Shown here: positions 25,272 to 36,095 of the stretch, in pieces
How the letters are laid out: each line of letters begins with the position of its first letter
Numbering within the stretch: the stretch's first letter is position 1
NCBI GenBank assembly: GCA_963695855.1
Contig: CAVOHZ010000008.1
Coordinates: 416,001 to 480,000 of the forward strand
Reading direction: 5' to 3'
From: an uncultured Nitrososphaerales archaeon
Lineage (GTDB): Archaea; Thermoproteota; Nitrososphaeria; Nitrososphaerales; Nitrososphaeraceae
Length of the DNA: 64,000 nucleotides
Program-made: the position numbers and the translations under genes
The notes under the pieces: model-generated
Told to the model about the DNA's origin: nothing
Database searches by the model: none
What the model saw: the letters and a program-made list of their open reading frames with translations, nothing else

Positions 25272-25580
25272 ATGCCTCAGGAAGCACGAATTAAACTGAC
25301 AAGTACTAATCTTTCGACATTGGATGGTGTCTGCTCGGAAATCAAAGGTATAGGAGAGAAAAGTGGGATTAATTTGAAAGGTCCATATCCTCTTCCAACA
25401 AAAAAAATGAAGATTGTTACTAGGAAATCTCCATGTGGACAAGGCACTAACACTTGGGACAAATATGAATTGAGAATTCATCGCAGAGTAATAGACATGG
25501 GAGCAGATGATAAGGCAATTAGACAATTAATGCGCTTGCGAATTCCTGATGACGTATATATCGAAGTATCTCTGACATGA
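25272..25580 (+). CDS. rpsJ: 30S ribosomal protein uS10
   Basis: GPYPLPT, TRKSPCGQG..TWDKYELRIHRR; directly follows tuf. Confidence 0.98.
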   Translation: MPQEARIKLTSTNLSTLDGVCSEIKGIGEKSGINLKGPYPLPTKKMKIVTRKSPCGQGTNTWDKYELRIHRRVIDMGADDKAIRQLMRLRIPDDVYIEVSLT

Positions 25581-25739
25581 TTTTATTACTTTGATTTCGA
25601 TAATATAGTACATAGAAGAATTCTAACAAACTCTAAATCACTTGCTATTTCATTTTGTCATTTATGACTGTAATGATGATTTTGTTATTTATATTTTAGA
25701 GAAAAGATATATTTTCCAAAACAAATCAATGATACTCTA

Positions 25740-26312
25740 ATGAAAGTTAACGTTTTTTTATTGTACACAATAATTGTTGCAATTCTTCTCTTTGTATGCA
25801 TTGAAATGAGTTATATGGGATCTTACGCAGAAACTCAAAAATTCAAACTCTATAAAAATCAAGATCTTAATTTTAATATTTTATATCCAATTGATTGGAA
25901 GATAGTAGAATTTTCTGATGATATTACAGATGAAGGTCTCCAAATAATCTCTAGTTTTATTTCTCCTTTGGACAATTCTATTGATGGATTCCAAGAATTT
26001 TTTACTATAAAGACAAAGTCAATAAATGATACTGATAATAAAGATCTTGTTGTCTGGGATTATTTTAATGATTATTTCTATAAAATTCAAGAGTCTAAAT
26101 CGGTAGGAAGTAGCAAGGTGAATATTTACACAAATTCATCGATAAAAACTCTTGATTATACTTTCACTCCACAACCGGGATTAATTTTGAACAAGAAAGA
26201 GGCTATATTTTTAAAGAACGACAGGATTTTTCATATTGAATTTACTTTAACAAATGATACCGCAAATTCATTTACTCCAATGATTAAAGAAATTCTTTAT
26301 TCATTTAAGTGA
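25740..26312 (+). CDS. Secreted PsbP-like protein
   Basis: Signal helix, Y.N....F.I.YP.DW motif, C-terminal MI.EILYSFK. Confidence 0.7.
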   Translation: MKVNVFLLYTIIVAILLFVCIEMSYMGSYAETQKFKLYKNQDLNFNILYPIDWKIVEFSDDITDEGLQIISSFISPLDNSIDGFQEFFTIKTKSINDTDNKDLVVWDYFNDYFYKIQESKSVGSSKVNIYTNSSIKTLDYTFTPQPGLILNKKEAIFLKNDRIFHIEFTLTNDTANSFTPMIKEILYSFK

Positions 26313-26505
26313 CTTTTAAATCTAAAAATAATTGTATTAATTATATTTTCTTAAAATCTTTTATCATTTTTTAAAGAATACAATTGGATCTAATAGTATA
26401 TTCACATAACTACATAACTAAATGACTCTGCCACAAATTATTATCAGATTTCAGTATCGTCAAAAAATAAAATGGTTATTTCTCTAATCAGTCTTGACAG
26501 AACTT

Positions 26506-27126
26506 TTAAGATACTCCGTTAAATCGCTGAGCGACATCATCCCAATTTATTACGTTCCACCAGTTAGATACATATTCTGGTCTTCTGTTCTGATACTTCA
26601 GGTAATATGCATGTTCCCAAACATCGCATCCTAAGAGAGGTATCAAACCTTCTGTTCTTGGGCTTGTTTGATTCGGCATTGATTTGTACTCCACTTTTTT
26701 ATTTACTGGATTATATACAAGCCAGCCCCACCCGCTACCTTGAATCAATACCGTAGTGGACGAAAATTTTTCTTTAAATTCAGAAAAACCTCCAAATGAA
26801 GAATTTATCGCATCAGCTAATGAACCTCCTGGTTCACCTCCACCATTTGGTTTCATGTTATTCCAAAATATTCGATGGTTGTCATATCCTCCTCCATTAA
26901 AGTTTATCGCGCTCTTTTGATTATCCGGGACTAAATCAAGATTTGATAGTATTTCAACAATATCCTTTTCTTGAATTTCAGTAGAACAGCTTTCCAATGC
27001 TGCATTGAACTTATCTGTGTATGTCTGATGGTGTTTTGTATAATGTATTTCCATAGTACGTGCATCAATATGCGGTTCTAGTGAATCATAATTATATGGT
27101 AATGACGGTAATTCATATTTTTTCAT
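26506..27126 (-). CDS. sod: Fe/Mn superoxide dismutase
   Basis: YELPSLPY, HYTKHHQTY, NGGG..NH, QGSGWGWL, DVWEHAYY. Start taken at the ATG at 27126. Confidence 0.97.
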   Translation of the reverse strand: MKKYELPSLPYNYDSLEPHIDARTMEIHYTKHHQTYTDKFNAALESCSTEIQEKDIVEILSNLDLVPDNQKSAINFNGGGYDNHRIFWNNMKPNGGGEPGGSLADAINSSFGGFSEFKEKFSSTTVLIQGSGWGWLVYNPVNKKVEYKSMPNQTSPRTEGLIPLLGCDVWEHAYYLKYQNRRPEYVSNWWNVINWDDVAQRFNGVS

Positions 27127-27268
27127 ATCAACTATTTCTCGCAATACATTATTATTCTTTGTGATACACCCCGAAATTTTTACCATAAATTTAATTTAAA
27201 TGTCTGTCGTATTTAGAGTGGGGAAAGATATTTATTGAAAATTGTAAATTAATCTAAACTGCTTACTC

Positions 27269-27697
27269 ATGGTAATCAATAAAGAACTGCTGGAAAAGAG
27301 AAGAAAAGTATCAGAACATAGACCAAAATTCGTTAGACAAGAAAGTTGGAGGTATGATAGACTTGCGGAGAATTGGAGAAAACCAAAAGGTAAGGATAAC
27401 AAGATGAGGAGACAAGTTTCAGGTGTACCACCTTTAGTAAAGGTTGGTTATAGAGGACCTAAAATTTCTCGGGGACTTCATCCTTCTGGGTATTTAGATA
27501 AATTAGTATATAATATTCATGATCTTGAAAAATTAAATCCAAAAAATGACGCTGCTCGCATTTCTAGTACAGTGGGAAAACTGAAAAGAAAAGAAATCAT
27601 ATCGAGATCAATACAATTGGATATCAAGATTTTAAATCCAGGAAAGCCTCATACTAGATTAAAAAAATCACCTGAACCGAAGAAGAAGGAGAGCTAA
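27269..27697 (+). CDS. rpl32e: 50S ribosomal protein eL32
   Basis: PKFVRQES, WRKPKGKDNKMR, VGYRGP, RGLHPSG. Confidence 0.97.
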   Translation: MVINKELLEKRRKVSEHRPKFVRQESWRYDRLAENWRKPKGKDNKMRRQVSGVPPLVKVGYRGPKISRGLHPSGYLDKLVYNIHDLEKLNPKNDAARISSTVGKLKRKEIISRSIQLDIKILNPGKPHTRLKKSPEPKKKES

Positions 27698-27700
27698 AAA

Positions 27701-28150
27701 ATGGTTGTAAATCTCAAAAAGAAAAGAGAATTGGTGGCTAGAATGCTTAATGTAGGATCAAATCGTGTTCGATTTGAACCTGACAAGTTAGATGATATTG
27801 CAGATTCTATCACTAGAGAAGATATACGATCTTTAATTAAGAACGGTGTGATTTGGACAGCAAAAACAAAAGGTACATCAAGGGCAGGAGCAAAAGCGAA
27901 ATTACAAGTGAAGAAAAAACGTGGTACCGGGCCTGGATCTAAAAAAGGAAAGAAAGGTGCTAGAATTGGTAAGAAAGAAAGTTATGTGAAGAAAATGCGA
28001 ACTATGAGATATCATTTGAAAATACTCAAAAGTAGAAACGATATTAATCGTAACATATTCTGGTCATTATACAAAAAAGTAAATGGTGGTCAGATAAGGT
28101 CCTTATCTCACCTACGAGAAAATATAAGAGAAATTAAATCACAACAATAA
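27701..28150 (+). CDS. rpl19e: 50S ribosomal protein eL19
   Basis: TREDIRSLI..G, GTSR, GPGSKKGKKGAR. Confidence 0.97.
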   Translation: MVVNLKKKRELVARMLNVGSNRVRFEPDKLDDIADSITREDIRSLIKNGVIWTAKTKGTSRAGAKAKLQVKKKRGTGPGSKKGKKGARIGKKESYVKKMRTMRYHLKILKSRNDINRNIFWSLYKKVNGGQIRSLSHLRENIREIKSQQ

Positions 28151-28201
28151 ACGATAACATAGATTTTCCATTCTTTTAGCGTTTTCATTAATGTGTATGA
28201 A

Positions 28202-28399
28202 TCAATTAAAATCATTTATTATAGAGCTAGTTATGTTGATCAATCTATCTCTTAGATTTATGACACCAGATCGTTTTTCTCCGTCTAGATTTGTTTGAAG
28301 TAAAGTTTCCAATCCTTCAACTAAGTATTTGATGTTGGGCAAGGTAAGAATTTCAGAATTTTCAGAATCTTCAGATCCACTTTCTACCCGCTTATTCAT
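28202..28399 (-). CDS. Small hypothetical protein (65 aa)
   Basis: ATG start, fills an intergenic gap, amphipathic helical pattern, TTTAA-type element about 29 bp upstream. Confidence 0.5.
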   Translation of the reverse strand: MNKRVESGSEDSENSEILTLPNIKYLVEGLETLLQTNLDGEKRSGVINLRDRLINITSSIINDFN

Positions 28400-28534
28400 A
28401 TTTAAAATTATTTATTGTTAATGTTAAACGTTATGGTACCATTTTATTTTTTGTTAATAATAATATATTACACAAATAAAAGATTAGATTTCAAACAATA
28501 TTAACAATATTATTATCCAAAAAAAATTGTTATT

Positions 28535-29347
28535 ATGATGTCTATTACTTTAGTAGTTTCCGAATCTGATCCTGCCAGTAAATCAATGAGTATATATTTA
28601 GAAAAGGAGAAAAAATTCGTGCCAACACAACAAAATGATATACTTTTTTCAAATTTGTACAAGAACATTTTATTGTATAAATCAAAGAATTCATTGCTTT
28701 TTACTAATAATCTTGACAACAAATTTCCGAATTCTGATGTCTTTATTTTTCTCTCTAAACATCAATCAAATAGTAAATTTCCATCATTGACATGTCATTT
28801 TACAGGTAACTTTGAAAATAATCCATATGGTGGTAATTCGTATGAATTGGGGATTTCATATCCATCTTTGCAAAAAATCTATTTACAACATCTTGATGAA
28901 ATTAAAGAAAAATTACACCCATTTGCAATCACAATCGAGGCAACACATCACGGTCCTACTTCGATAAAAAAACCAATAATGTTTGTAGAGATCGGTTCTA
29001 CAGAAAAAGAATGGGGTAACGTCACTATTGCATCTTTAGTTTGTGATTGTATATTATCCGTTATTTCAAATCCAATAAATCATCAAAAAAAAATAGGAAT
29101 TGGTATTGGAGGAACTCACTATGGATCAAAATTTAATAATATAATAATAAATTCTGATATAGCAATGGGTCATATTTCCTCAAAATATAACCTATGCAAT
29201 GTTAATGAATACTTGCTGAATCAGATGATTACAAAATGTCATGAAAAAATAACTCATATAATATTAGATAATAAAGGATTAGGCAATGAAAAACAAAGAA
29301 TTTTTGATTTAATCAAAGATACTGGTCTAGATATTCTAAAAATATAG
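28535..29347 (+). CDS. dtdA: D-aminoacyl-tRNA deacylase (archaeal DTD2)
   Basis: S..DPAS, FLSKH.S, LTCHFTGN, EATHHGPT, FVEIGSTE..W, GIGGTHY. Confidence 0.95.
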   Translation: MMSITLVVSESDPASKSMSIYLEKEKKFVPTQQNDILFSNLYKNILLYKSKNSLLFTNNLDNKFPNSDVFIFLSKHQSNSKFPSLTCHFTGNFENNPYGGNSYELGISYPSLQKIYLQHLDEIKEKLHPFAITIEATHHGPTSIKKPIMFVEIGSTEKEWGNVTIASLVCDCILSVISNPINHQKKIGIGIGGTHYGSKFNNIIINSDIAMGHISSKYNLCNVNEYLLNQMITKCHEKITHIILDNKGLGNEKQRIFDLIKDTGLDILKI

Positions 29348-29404
29348 TTTAAAAACTTGTGAATTAATAAATAGCTTTTTTTATCACTGTATTGGTGTTC
29401 AGAG

Positions 29405-29815
29405 ATATCTTCAGCACATGATGTAGTCACCGTTTTTTTATATCATGAAAAAAAGATCCTGTTATTGAAGAGAAGTAACATCGTAAAAACTATGAAGAAT
29501 AAATGGGCCGGAATAAGTGGGTTTATAGAAAACGAGGACCCCCTATCTTGCGCATATCGAGAAATTTTCGAGGAAACAGGTATAGAAAAAAAATTCCTCA
29601 CACCATTACAACAAGGAGAAACATTGTCTCTATTTTTATCTGATAACCAGATAAAACTAATTATCCATCCTTTTCTTTTTTTATCCATGACAAACGTCAT
29701 AAAACTTAATTGGGAAAATTCAGAATACATGTGGATACGGCCACAGGATATAGATTTTTTTGATTCTGTTCCAAAACTTAAGAATGTGTTGTCTAGTGTT
29801 TATCATAATTTTTGA
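29405..29815 (+). CDS. NUDIX hydrolase
   Basis: Nudix box SGFIENEDPLSCAYREIFEETG and LNWENSEYMW. The frame is open upstream of the TTG at 29465 and encodes VVTVFLYHEKKILLLKRS, so the start is uncertain (ATA at 29405 used here). Confidence 0.85.
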   Translation: MSSAHDVVTVFLYHEKKILLLKRSNIVKTMKNKWAGISGFIENEDPLSCAYREIFEETGIEKKFLTPLQQGETLSLFLSDNQIKLIIHPFLFLSMTNVIKLNWENSEYMWIRPQDIDFFDSVPKLKNVLSSVYHNF

Positions 29816-30547
29816 ATTCTAGTTGTAGATAACTCTATTCAACAAATATACCCAGGAGAAAAAACTTGATTTATTATATAATTCACTTTCATTAAAAAAA
29901 CAGAAATTACAGTTTAAATTGTTCAGTTCAAAAAATATCTTGCATTTCAAGAATTTGTTTATGGATAATGTTATTCAATTTTTTATGATTTTGTATTTGA
30001 TGTTTTTTGCTATTATTTTTATTATCCATCAAACATTTGACATAATGTTATCTTTGGAGTTGTAGAATTGTATACTAGATTAACAAAAAAATTTTACTCT
30101 CAAAACCATTCTTTGGAATATTAATGTAATCTTAGTTGATTGCGTATTTGATATTCAATGATCAAATTAAACTCTGAGAATTCTAAAAAATAACACATAA
30201 AAATTCTCCTACGTTATTTTTATATGTTTTCAACTTTCTTAAACCTATTGGCTAGATTTACGGACAAATCTTTCCACAATGATAATATCTCGATTTTGTT
30301 TTGATTTTGAAAAAGAAAAAAATGAGTTATATATCAGAATTGGAATTAGTTGTAGGAGGAAAGACTGAATAAGAAGTTTCCTCAAACACTAATGCTTTTG
30401 GATATATTTTATATAAAAACTGAATACTAGACAATATATTATATGGCTATAAATTGTTTAAACAATATTTTTTCTTAATATTAATCTTTCATCTACTTAA
30501 TTGATAACTATTAATATAAGTTTAAAACTTGAAAATATGTTTAATTT

Positions 30548-32347
30548 ATGGTATTACCAGAAGAACGTCGTCTAGGTAGGTGGAGGTTAAACGACCTTAT
30601 TGATAATAAAAAAAATACATCACAAATTTATTTAGAACAGATAAATAATGATGTTAAGAAATTTGAAAAATCCAAGAAATTTCTAAACAATTCAATTACA
30701 ATACAAAAATTTTCAGAAATCATAAATCAAGTAGAAAATATTTCAGAAAAACTTAATAGAGTAATGGGGCACGCACATTTACAATATTGTACTGATACTA
30801 ACTCAAATAAATATTCTGCTTTAGTTACCGAAATGGAATTATTGGGAACAGATGTCTCTAATAAATTGCTCATTTTTGATATCTGGTTTAAAAATATATT
30901 GAATGAAAATGTGGCTAAAAAATTGATCCAAAATATTGATCCTGTTTATAGAGAATTTCTTCAACATAAAAGACTAATGGGCAAATATACTTTATCTGAA
31001 AAAGAAGAAAAACTCATAAATATTTTTGACGTTACGGGACCGGGTGCTCTTGTAAAAATCTATGATAGAATGACAAATGATTTTGAATTTGTAACTATAA
31101 TTAAGAAAAATGATAGAATTCAAAAAAAAAAATATGATAATAAAGAAAAACTAATGTCTCTTGTTAGAAGTGAAAAATCTGAGGAAAGAGAAGCAGCATA
31201 TAAGGCATTATTTGCAGTATACAAAAAATATAGTGGAATTCTCGGAGAAATTTATACCAATCTGATAATTCAATGGCATGATGAAAACATCAAAATGAGG
31301 GGATTTGATTCAGCGATCTCGGTCAGGAATATGTATAACGATATTGGTGACAAGATCATAAATACTTTACTAAATACATGTAAACAAAATACACTCATAT
31401 TTCACAAATATTTCAAATTAAAAGCAAGAATGTTGGGAATGAATAAATTAACCAGATATCATCTTTACGCTCCGCTTGTTATAAATACAAAGGTCAAAAA
31501 ATATACATATGAACAGGCTATTAATCTAGTTCTAAATGTATTCGAATCATTCGATGCTAGATTTCGTGAGTATGCTACACTGCTGCTTACTAATAACCAT
31601 GTAGATTCAGAAATAAGAAAAGGAAAAATGGGAGGCGCATTTTGTTCTACTATCACGCCAAACATAACTCCTTATGTATTGTTGAATTTTGATGGTCGTT
31701 CACGTGACGTTTCAACAATGGCTCATGAATTCGGTCATGCTATACACAGTATTTGCTCTAAAAATTTGCCCATAACTGTATCTCATGCCCCATTACCATT
31801 AGCTGAAACTGCTTCTGTATTTGCTGAAATGCTTTTGAATGAAAAATTAGTAGCAGAGGCGGAATATTCCGAAAAAAGCATCTTGTTAGCAGAACAAATA
31901 GATGACATGTATGCCACCATTATGCGTCAATCATTTTTTACAATTTTTGAAATAGAAGCGCATAACAGTGTAACCAAAAATAATTCAACTATAGACGAGC
32001 TTTCAAATATATATCATCAAAATCTGACTAAACAATTTGGAACTTCTATGGACATTTCTGAAGAATTTCAGTGGGAATGGCTTTATATTCCTCACTTTTA
32101 TCATACTCCGTTCTATTGTTACGCCTATTCATTTGGCAACTTATTAGTACTTTCATTATTTAATCTATATAAAAAGGAAGGAAAATCTTTTATTCCAAAA
32201 TATCTGAAAATACTTTCAGCTGGTGGGTCAAAGAAGCCGGAACATTTACTAAATGAAATTGGAATTAATATTTCAAGTAGAAGCTTTTGGCAACAAGGTT
32301 TTGACCTAGTAGCAGAAAAAATAACACAATTAGAAGAACTCTTGTGA
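30548..32347 (+). CDS. pepF: Oligoendopeptidase F (peptidase M3B)
   Basis: GKMGGAFC, TMAHEFGHAIH, LAETAS..AE, IPHFY..PFYCYAY. Confidence 0.93.
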   Translation: MVLPEERRLGRWRLNDLIDNKKNTSQIYLEQINNDVKKFEKSKKFLNNSITIQKFSEIINQVENISEKLNRVMGHAHLQYCTDTNSNKYSALVTEMELLGTDVSNKLLIFDIWFKNILNENVAKKLIQNIDPVYREFLQHKRLMGKYTLSEKEEKLINIFDVTGPGALVKIYDRMTNDFEFVTIIKKNDRIQKKKYDNKEKLMSLVRSEKSEEREAAYKALFAVYKKYSGILGEIYTNLIIQWHDENIKMRGFDSAISVRNMYNDIGDKIINTLLNTCKQNTLIFHKYFKLKARMLGMNKLTRYHLYAPLVINTKVKKYTYEQAINLVLNVFESFDARFREYATLLLTNNHVDSEIRKGKMGGAFCSTITPNITPYVLLNFDGRSRDVSTMAHEFGHAIHSICSKNLPITVSHAPLPLAETASVFAEMLLNEKLVAEAEYSEKSILLAEQIDDMYATIMRQSFFTIFEIEAHNSVTKNNSTIDELSNIYHQNLTKQFGTSMDISEEFQWEWLYIPHFYHTPFYCYAYSFGNLLVLSLFNLYKKEGKSFIPKYLKILSAGGSKKPEHLLNEIGINISSRSFWQQGFDLVAEKITQLEELL

Positions 32348-33390
32348 ATTTATTGTCCAAGGAATATTTGTTAAAAAATATAATTTAGTAATTTATTATA
32401 ATTTATATATAACGTGGTTAGAACATATATAAATAACTTCTGTCAATATGGTGTACTTAAATATGTTTATAATAACATGATACTTGTTCCAATATTATAG
32501 GAAATAATCTTGCAAATATAATAAAATATATATAAAATAACTCCATTAAGTATTTGTTGCGTTTTTTTATCCTTTCCACCATCTTTAACAAAGTTATTTA
32601 AGTAATATTATTTGATAGAATGTAAAATAAAGTGTACATGAACAGAAAATATATTTTATTAGATCAAGAACTTATTGATATATCTGACTTATATTTTCAT
32701 TTATCAGAAGTCAACTGAAAAATATTTTGCATCTATTCAATTTGAAAATATAGTAAATAGAGTGATGTTTGAAGTATCTGTTCATTACTTGTTGAATGAA
32801 AAACTGTTATATATCTAAATTAGATATGCTATGACAATCTAAACCAATTGTTCAAATTATCAATGTTACCAGTGTGTTGAAAAAATAAAATCGATTTTCA
32901 ATCTCAATTGATTTTAACGATATAGTATTCCAATAAAATTTCGAATGATATTGCCATTAAAAAGAGTTTAAACCTTTTGTAAAAATCGTACTACATAACT
33001 ATCTATTTCGGAATTAATATGTCGTGAAAATTGAGGTCTAAACAATATTAAATATTACTTAGGTGACTTCCCACAGATATGATGTAAAAAAATCCTTAAT
33101 ATAATAAAGGAATAAATGATTTAAATATTATGAAAGAATTTTTCTTACCAATCAAGATTTTTGGGATTGAAGAATACTTTTATTGACATTGGTGTTATTA
33201 GATCATTGGGTTTCTTTTTCCACCACGAGAATAAATCTATATTTCTTTAGTTTATCACTTTTGTCATTGATTTTATAATCATCGATCCTCTAACATCCAT
33301 TAAAAAAGATTAACTAAGAAAGCACAAATCCATGTAATTACCACAAACAAGATTTGTCAGAGAAAATTGATACTTTTATTCAATATCCTT

Positions 33391-33543
33391 TTATTCTTGT
33401 ATCATTCTACCTTGAATGGAATTGATTTTTCGTATTTTACTGTGACCAGTTTTTGTTTTATGATCATCCACATCTGAATTAAAAAAGAAACTATCATGAC
33501 AATCCTCGCAATACCAAATACTATTCAAATCATCTGGATGCAT
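33391..33543 (-). CDS. C2H2 zinc-finger microprotein (50 aa)
   Basis: Manual translation: MHPDDLNSIWYCEDCHDSFFFNSDVDDHKTKTGHSKIRKINSIQGRMIQE*. Cx2C-x3-F-x8-H-x5-H spacing; CTTATATT about 22-29 bp upstream. Confidence 0.75.
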   Translation of the reverse strand: MHPDDLNSIWYCEDCHDSFFFNSDVDDHKTKTGHSKIRKINSIQGRMIQE

Positions 33544-33756
33544 AAATAATGTTATGTTTAATCGAATATAAGAAATTAGTAATTATCTAATGTGAAAATA
33601 ATAGAAACTATCTATTGTTGAAAACTTATATATTTTTCTTCTAGATCTGATTAGTATAAAAAAAATATTACTATTTTATACAATAATTGTTATATTCTAT
33701 TTTACCAGAAAGATGATCTCAAAAAGCAATTCATCATATAAAAAAAGCTCATCTAC

Positions 33757-33906
33757 CTAGAGATACTCCACAAAATAGTGTTTTAAATATCTCCTCAAAT
33801 CGTCTTCATCATCAAATCCTAGATATGTTCTCAGATTGTGTATCCGTTCTTCATCGATTTCTTGATTGTTTTGTTCATTATTAAGTACGATATACGCACT
33901 GTCCAA
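33757..33906 (-). CDS. Small acidic hypothetical protein (49 aa)
   Basis: Manual translation from TTG: MDSAYIVLNNEQNNQEIDEERIHNLRTYLGFDDEDDLRRYLKHYFVEYL*. Protein-like composition in otherwise stop-rich DNA. Confidence 0.45.
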   Translation of the reverse strand: MDSAYIVLNNEQNNQEIDEERIHNLRTYLGFDDEDDLRRYLKHYFVEYL

Positions 33907-34013
33907 ATTTTTATTACTCTATTTTTGTTGGGATTATGACTTAAACATTATGAATATCTTTTCGAAAGAAAAAGCAATCTCAACTTAAAGTTCTATGTTT
34001 ATTTCATAAACGA

Positions 34014-35399
34014 TCATTCTAAGCCAAGTATTTTTTCATCTGATAATGCCTTATTCAATTCTTGTTCATTCATCAGCTTTCTTTCCAATACTAACTCTCG
34101 AATACTTCGTCTAGTTTCTAAAGCTTCTTTGTAGATCTCAGCCGCCCTTAAATATCCAATGTATGGATTTAAAAGAGTTATAAGTATTGGACTATTTTCC
34201 ATCTGATCCCTTAATTTTTTAGTATTTGCATGTATTCCGTCGATGAAATTGGAAGCAAATATTGGAAGAAAGTTGATTAACATATCGGAAGCATCTAAAA
34301 TGTTTTTTAGCATTCCTGGTAACATTACATTTAATTCAAATTGTCCCGCCTGAGCAGCCATTGCAATTGAAACGTCTCTTCCAATTATATCAAAACATAT
34401 CATGTTTAAGCACTCTGCAAGCGAAGGATTTACCTTCCCGGGCATTATCGAAGAACCTGCATGAACTGCTGGAATTAATATTTCAGCTAAACCAGCTGTA
34501 GGTCCAGAAGCCATCAGTCTTAAATCATTGGCAAGTTTAATAATTTCTAATGCCAGATTCCTTAAAGAAGATGAACAATTTGCTACATCATATTTGCTTT
34601 GTAATGAATAAAACAGATTGTCCGAAGATTTTAAGTTAAAACCTGATATCTCTGAAAGATTTTTCACGGCTTTATTTTTATATCCTCTTGGTGAATTAGC
34701 CCCTGTACCGACTGCCGTTCCACCTAAGCCAATAAATTCTAATTTTTGTTTTGCTATTATTATCATTTCCTTTGCCTTTTCTAGTGAAAAAACATATTCA
34801 TCGAACTCCGCACCTAGTGTCACCGGTATGGCATCCATTAAATGTGTTCTTCCTATTTTGATAATTTCTGCAAATTCTATTCCTTTTTTTCTTAATGATT
34901 CTATTAACTTGTCTAACGAATCAATTGTAAATTTGATATTTATTAATATAGCAATATTCATGGCTGTTGGAAAAGTATCATTGCTGGATTGAGACATGTT
35001 AACATGATCATTAGGACTCACAACGTTGTATTCTCCTTTCTTTTTGCCAAGAATTTCCAATGCCCTGTTAGCTATTACCTCATTTGAATTCATATTAAAA
35101 GCTGTTCCAGCTCCAGAATTAATCGATTCTATCACAAATTCCTCCATATACCTTCCTGATAAAATCTCGTCACAGGCCTGAATTATTGCTAGTCCTATCT
35201 CTCTATCCAGAATATTCAATTCCATATTGGCTATTGCTGCAGACCGCTTAATCATGGCGAAAGCCTTTACCAAGTTAACATGCGATTTTTGTCCGCTAAC
35301 TTTGTATTGTTTTAGTGCTCTAGAAGTAAAAGGGCCATAGTATGAATCTATAGGAACTTGAATTTCTCCTAAAGAATCTCTATCAATTCTAAACGACAT
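34014..35399 (-). CDS. Class II fumarate hydratase / aspartate ammonia-lyase
   Basis: D.LGE..VP, GAGTAFNMN.NEV, HVNMSQSSNDTFPTA, KIGRTHLMDA, GSSIMPGKVNP. Confidence 0.93.
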   Translation of the reverse strand: MSFRIDRDSLGEIQVPIDSYYGPFTSRALKQYKVSGQKSHVNLVKAFAMIKRSAAIANMELNILDREIGLAIIQACDEILSGRYMEEFVIESINSGAGTAFNMNSNEVIANRALEILGKKKGEYNVVSPNDHVNMSQSSNDTFPTAMNIAILINIKFTIDSLDKLIESLRKKGIEFAEIIKIGRTHLMDAIPVTLGAEFDEYVFSLEKAKEMIIIAKQKLEFIGLGGTAVGTGANSPRGYKNKAVKNLSEISGFNLKSSDNLFYSLQSKYDVANCSSSLRNLALEIIKLANDLRLMASGPTAGLAEILIPAVHAGSSIMPGKVNPSLAECLNMICFDIIGRDVSIAMAAQAGQFELNVMLPGMLKNILDASDMLINFLPIFASNFIDGIHANTKKLRDQMENSPILITLLNPYIGYLRAAEIYKEALETRRSIRELVLERKLMNEQELNKALSDEKILGLE

Positions 35400-35516
35400 T
35401 TTATAATGTTGATTCCAATATCTAAATATATTAATTGCTTTTTATGATAAGTAGACTCCGTTGTTTAGTATAAGTTTATATAATATATTTATATAGTCTA
35501 CAGAAAGCATATCAAT

Positions 35517-36080
35517 ATGCCGCAAACGAAACCCATTGTAAGTATCGAAAATGTTGTTGCGTCTGCTACCATTAATCAAACTGTGAATTTAAACCAAATA
35601 ACTCAGATATTTCCAGATGTAGAATATCATCCTGACCAATTTCCAGGACTAGTTTTTAGATTAAAATCACCGAAAACGGCTACTTTGATCTTTAGCTCTG
35701 GAAAGATGGTTTGTACTGGGGCTAAATCTGAAGATCAAGCTATCAAAGCAGTAAAGAGTGTTGTACAAAAATTAAAAAAAGGAAGTATTAACATAGAGAA
35801 TGAGCCTATTATAGAGATTCAAAATATCGTAGCATCAGCTAGTCTAGGAGGTAAAATCCACTTAGAACTAGCTGCCCGTGTACTTCCACGAAGTATGTAT
35901 GAACCTGAACAATTTCCTGGACTAATTCATAGAATGTTGGATCCAAAGACGGTTATACTCCTGTTTGCCAGTGGTAAATTAGTGTGCACTGGGGCTAAAA
36001 AAGAAGCCGAAGTTTATCGAGCTGTTCATAATTTGCATACGTTACTTGAAGAGAAGAACTTGATGATTTATGAGGGATAA
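35517..36080 (+). CDS. tbp: TATA-box-binding protein
   Basis: Two repeats NVVAS...YxPxQFPGL...LIFSSGKMVCTGAK. Confidence 0.99.
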   Translation: MPQTKPIVSIENVVASATINQTVNLNQITQIFPDVEYHPDQFPGLVFRLKSPKTATLIFSSGKMVCTGAKSEDQAIKAVKSVVQKLKKGSINIENEPIIEIQNIVASASLGGKIHLELAARVLPRSMYEPEQFPGLIHRMLDPKTVILLFASGKLVCTGAKKEAEVYRAVHNLHTLLEEKNLMIYEG

Positions 36081-36095
36081 TCTTTTAAGCCGTTT

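Noticed and set aside
29816-30547. 730-bp AT-rich gap containing a 33-codon minus-strand ORF
   Set aside because: Low-complexity Asn/Lys composition, with no motif, repeat or structure
33496-33510. CEDCH as a c-type heme-binding CxxCH motif
   Set aside because: No signal peptide, the downstream His pair fits C2H2 spacing, and AOA are not known to make c-type cytochromes
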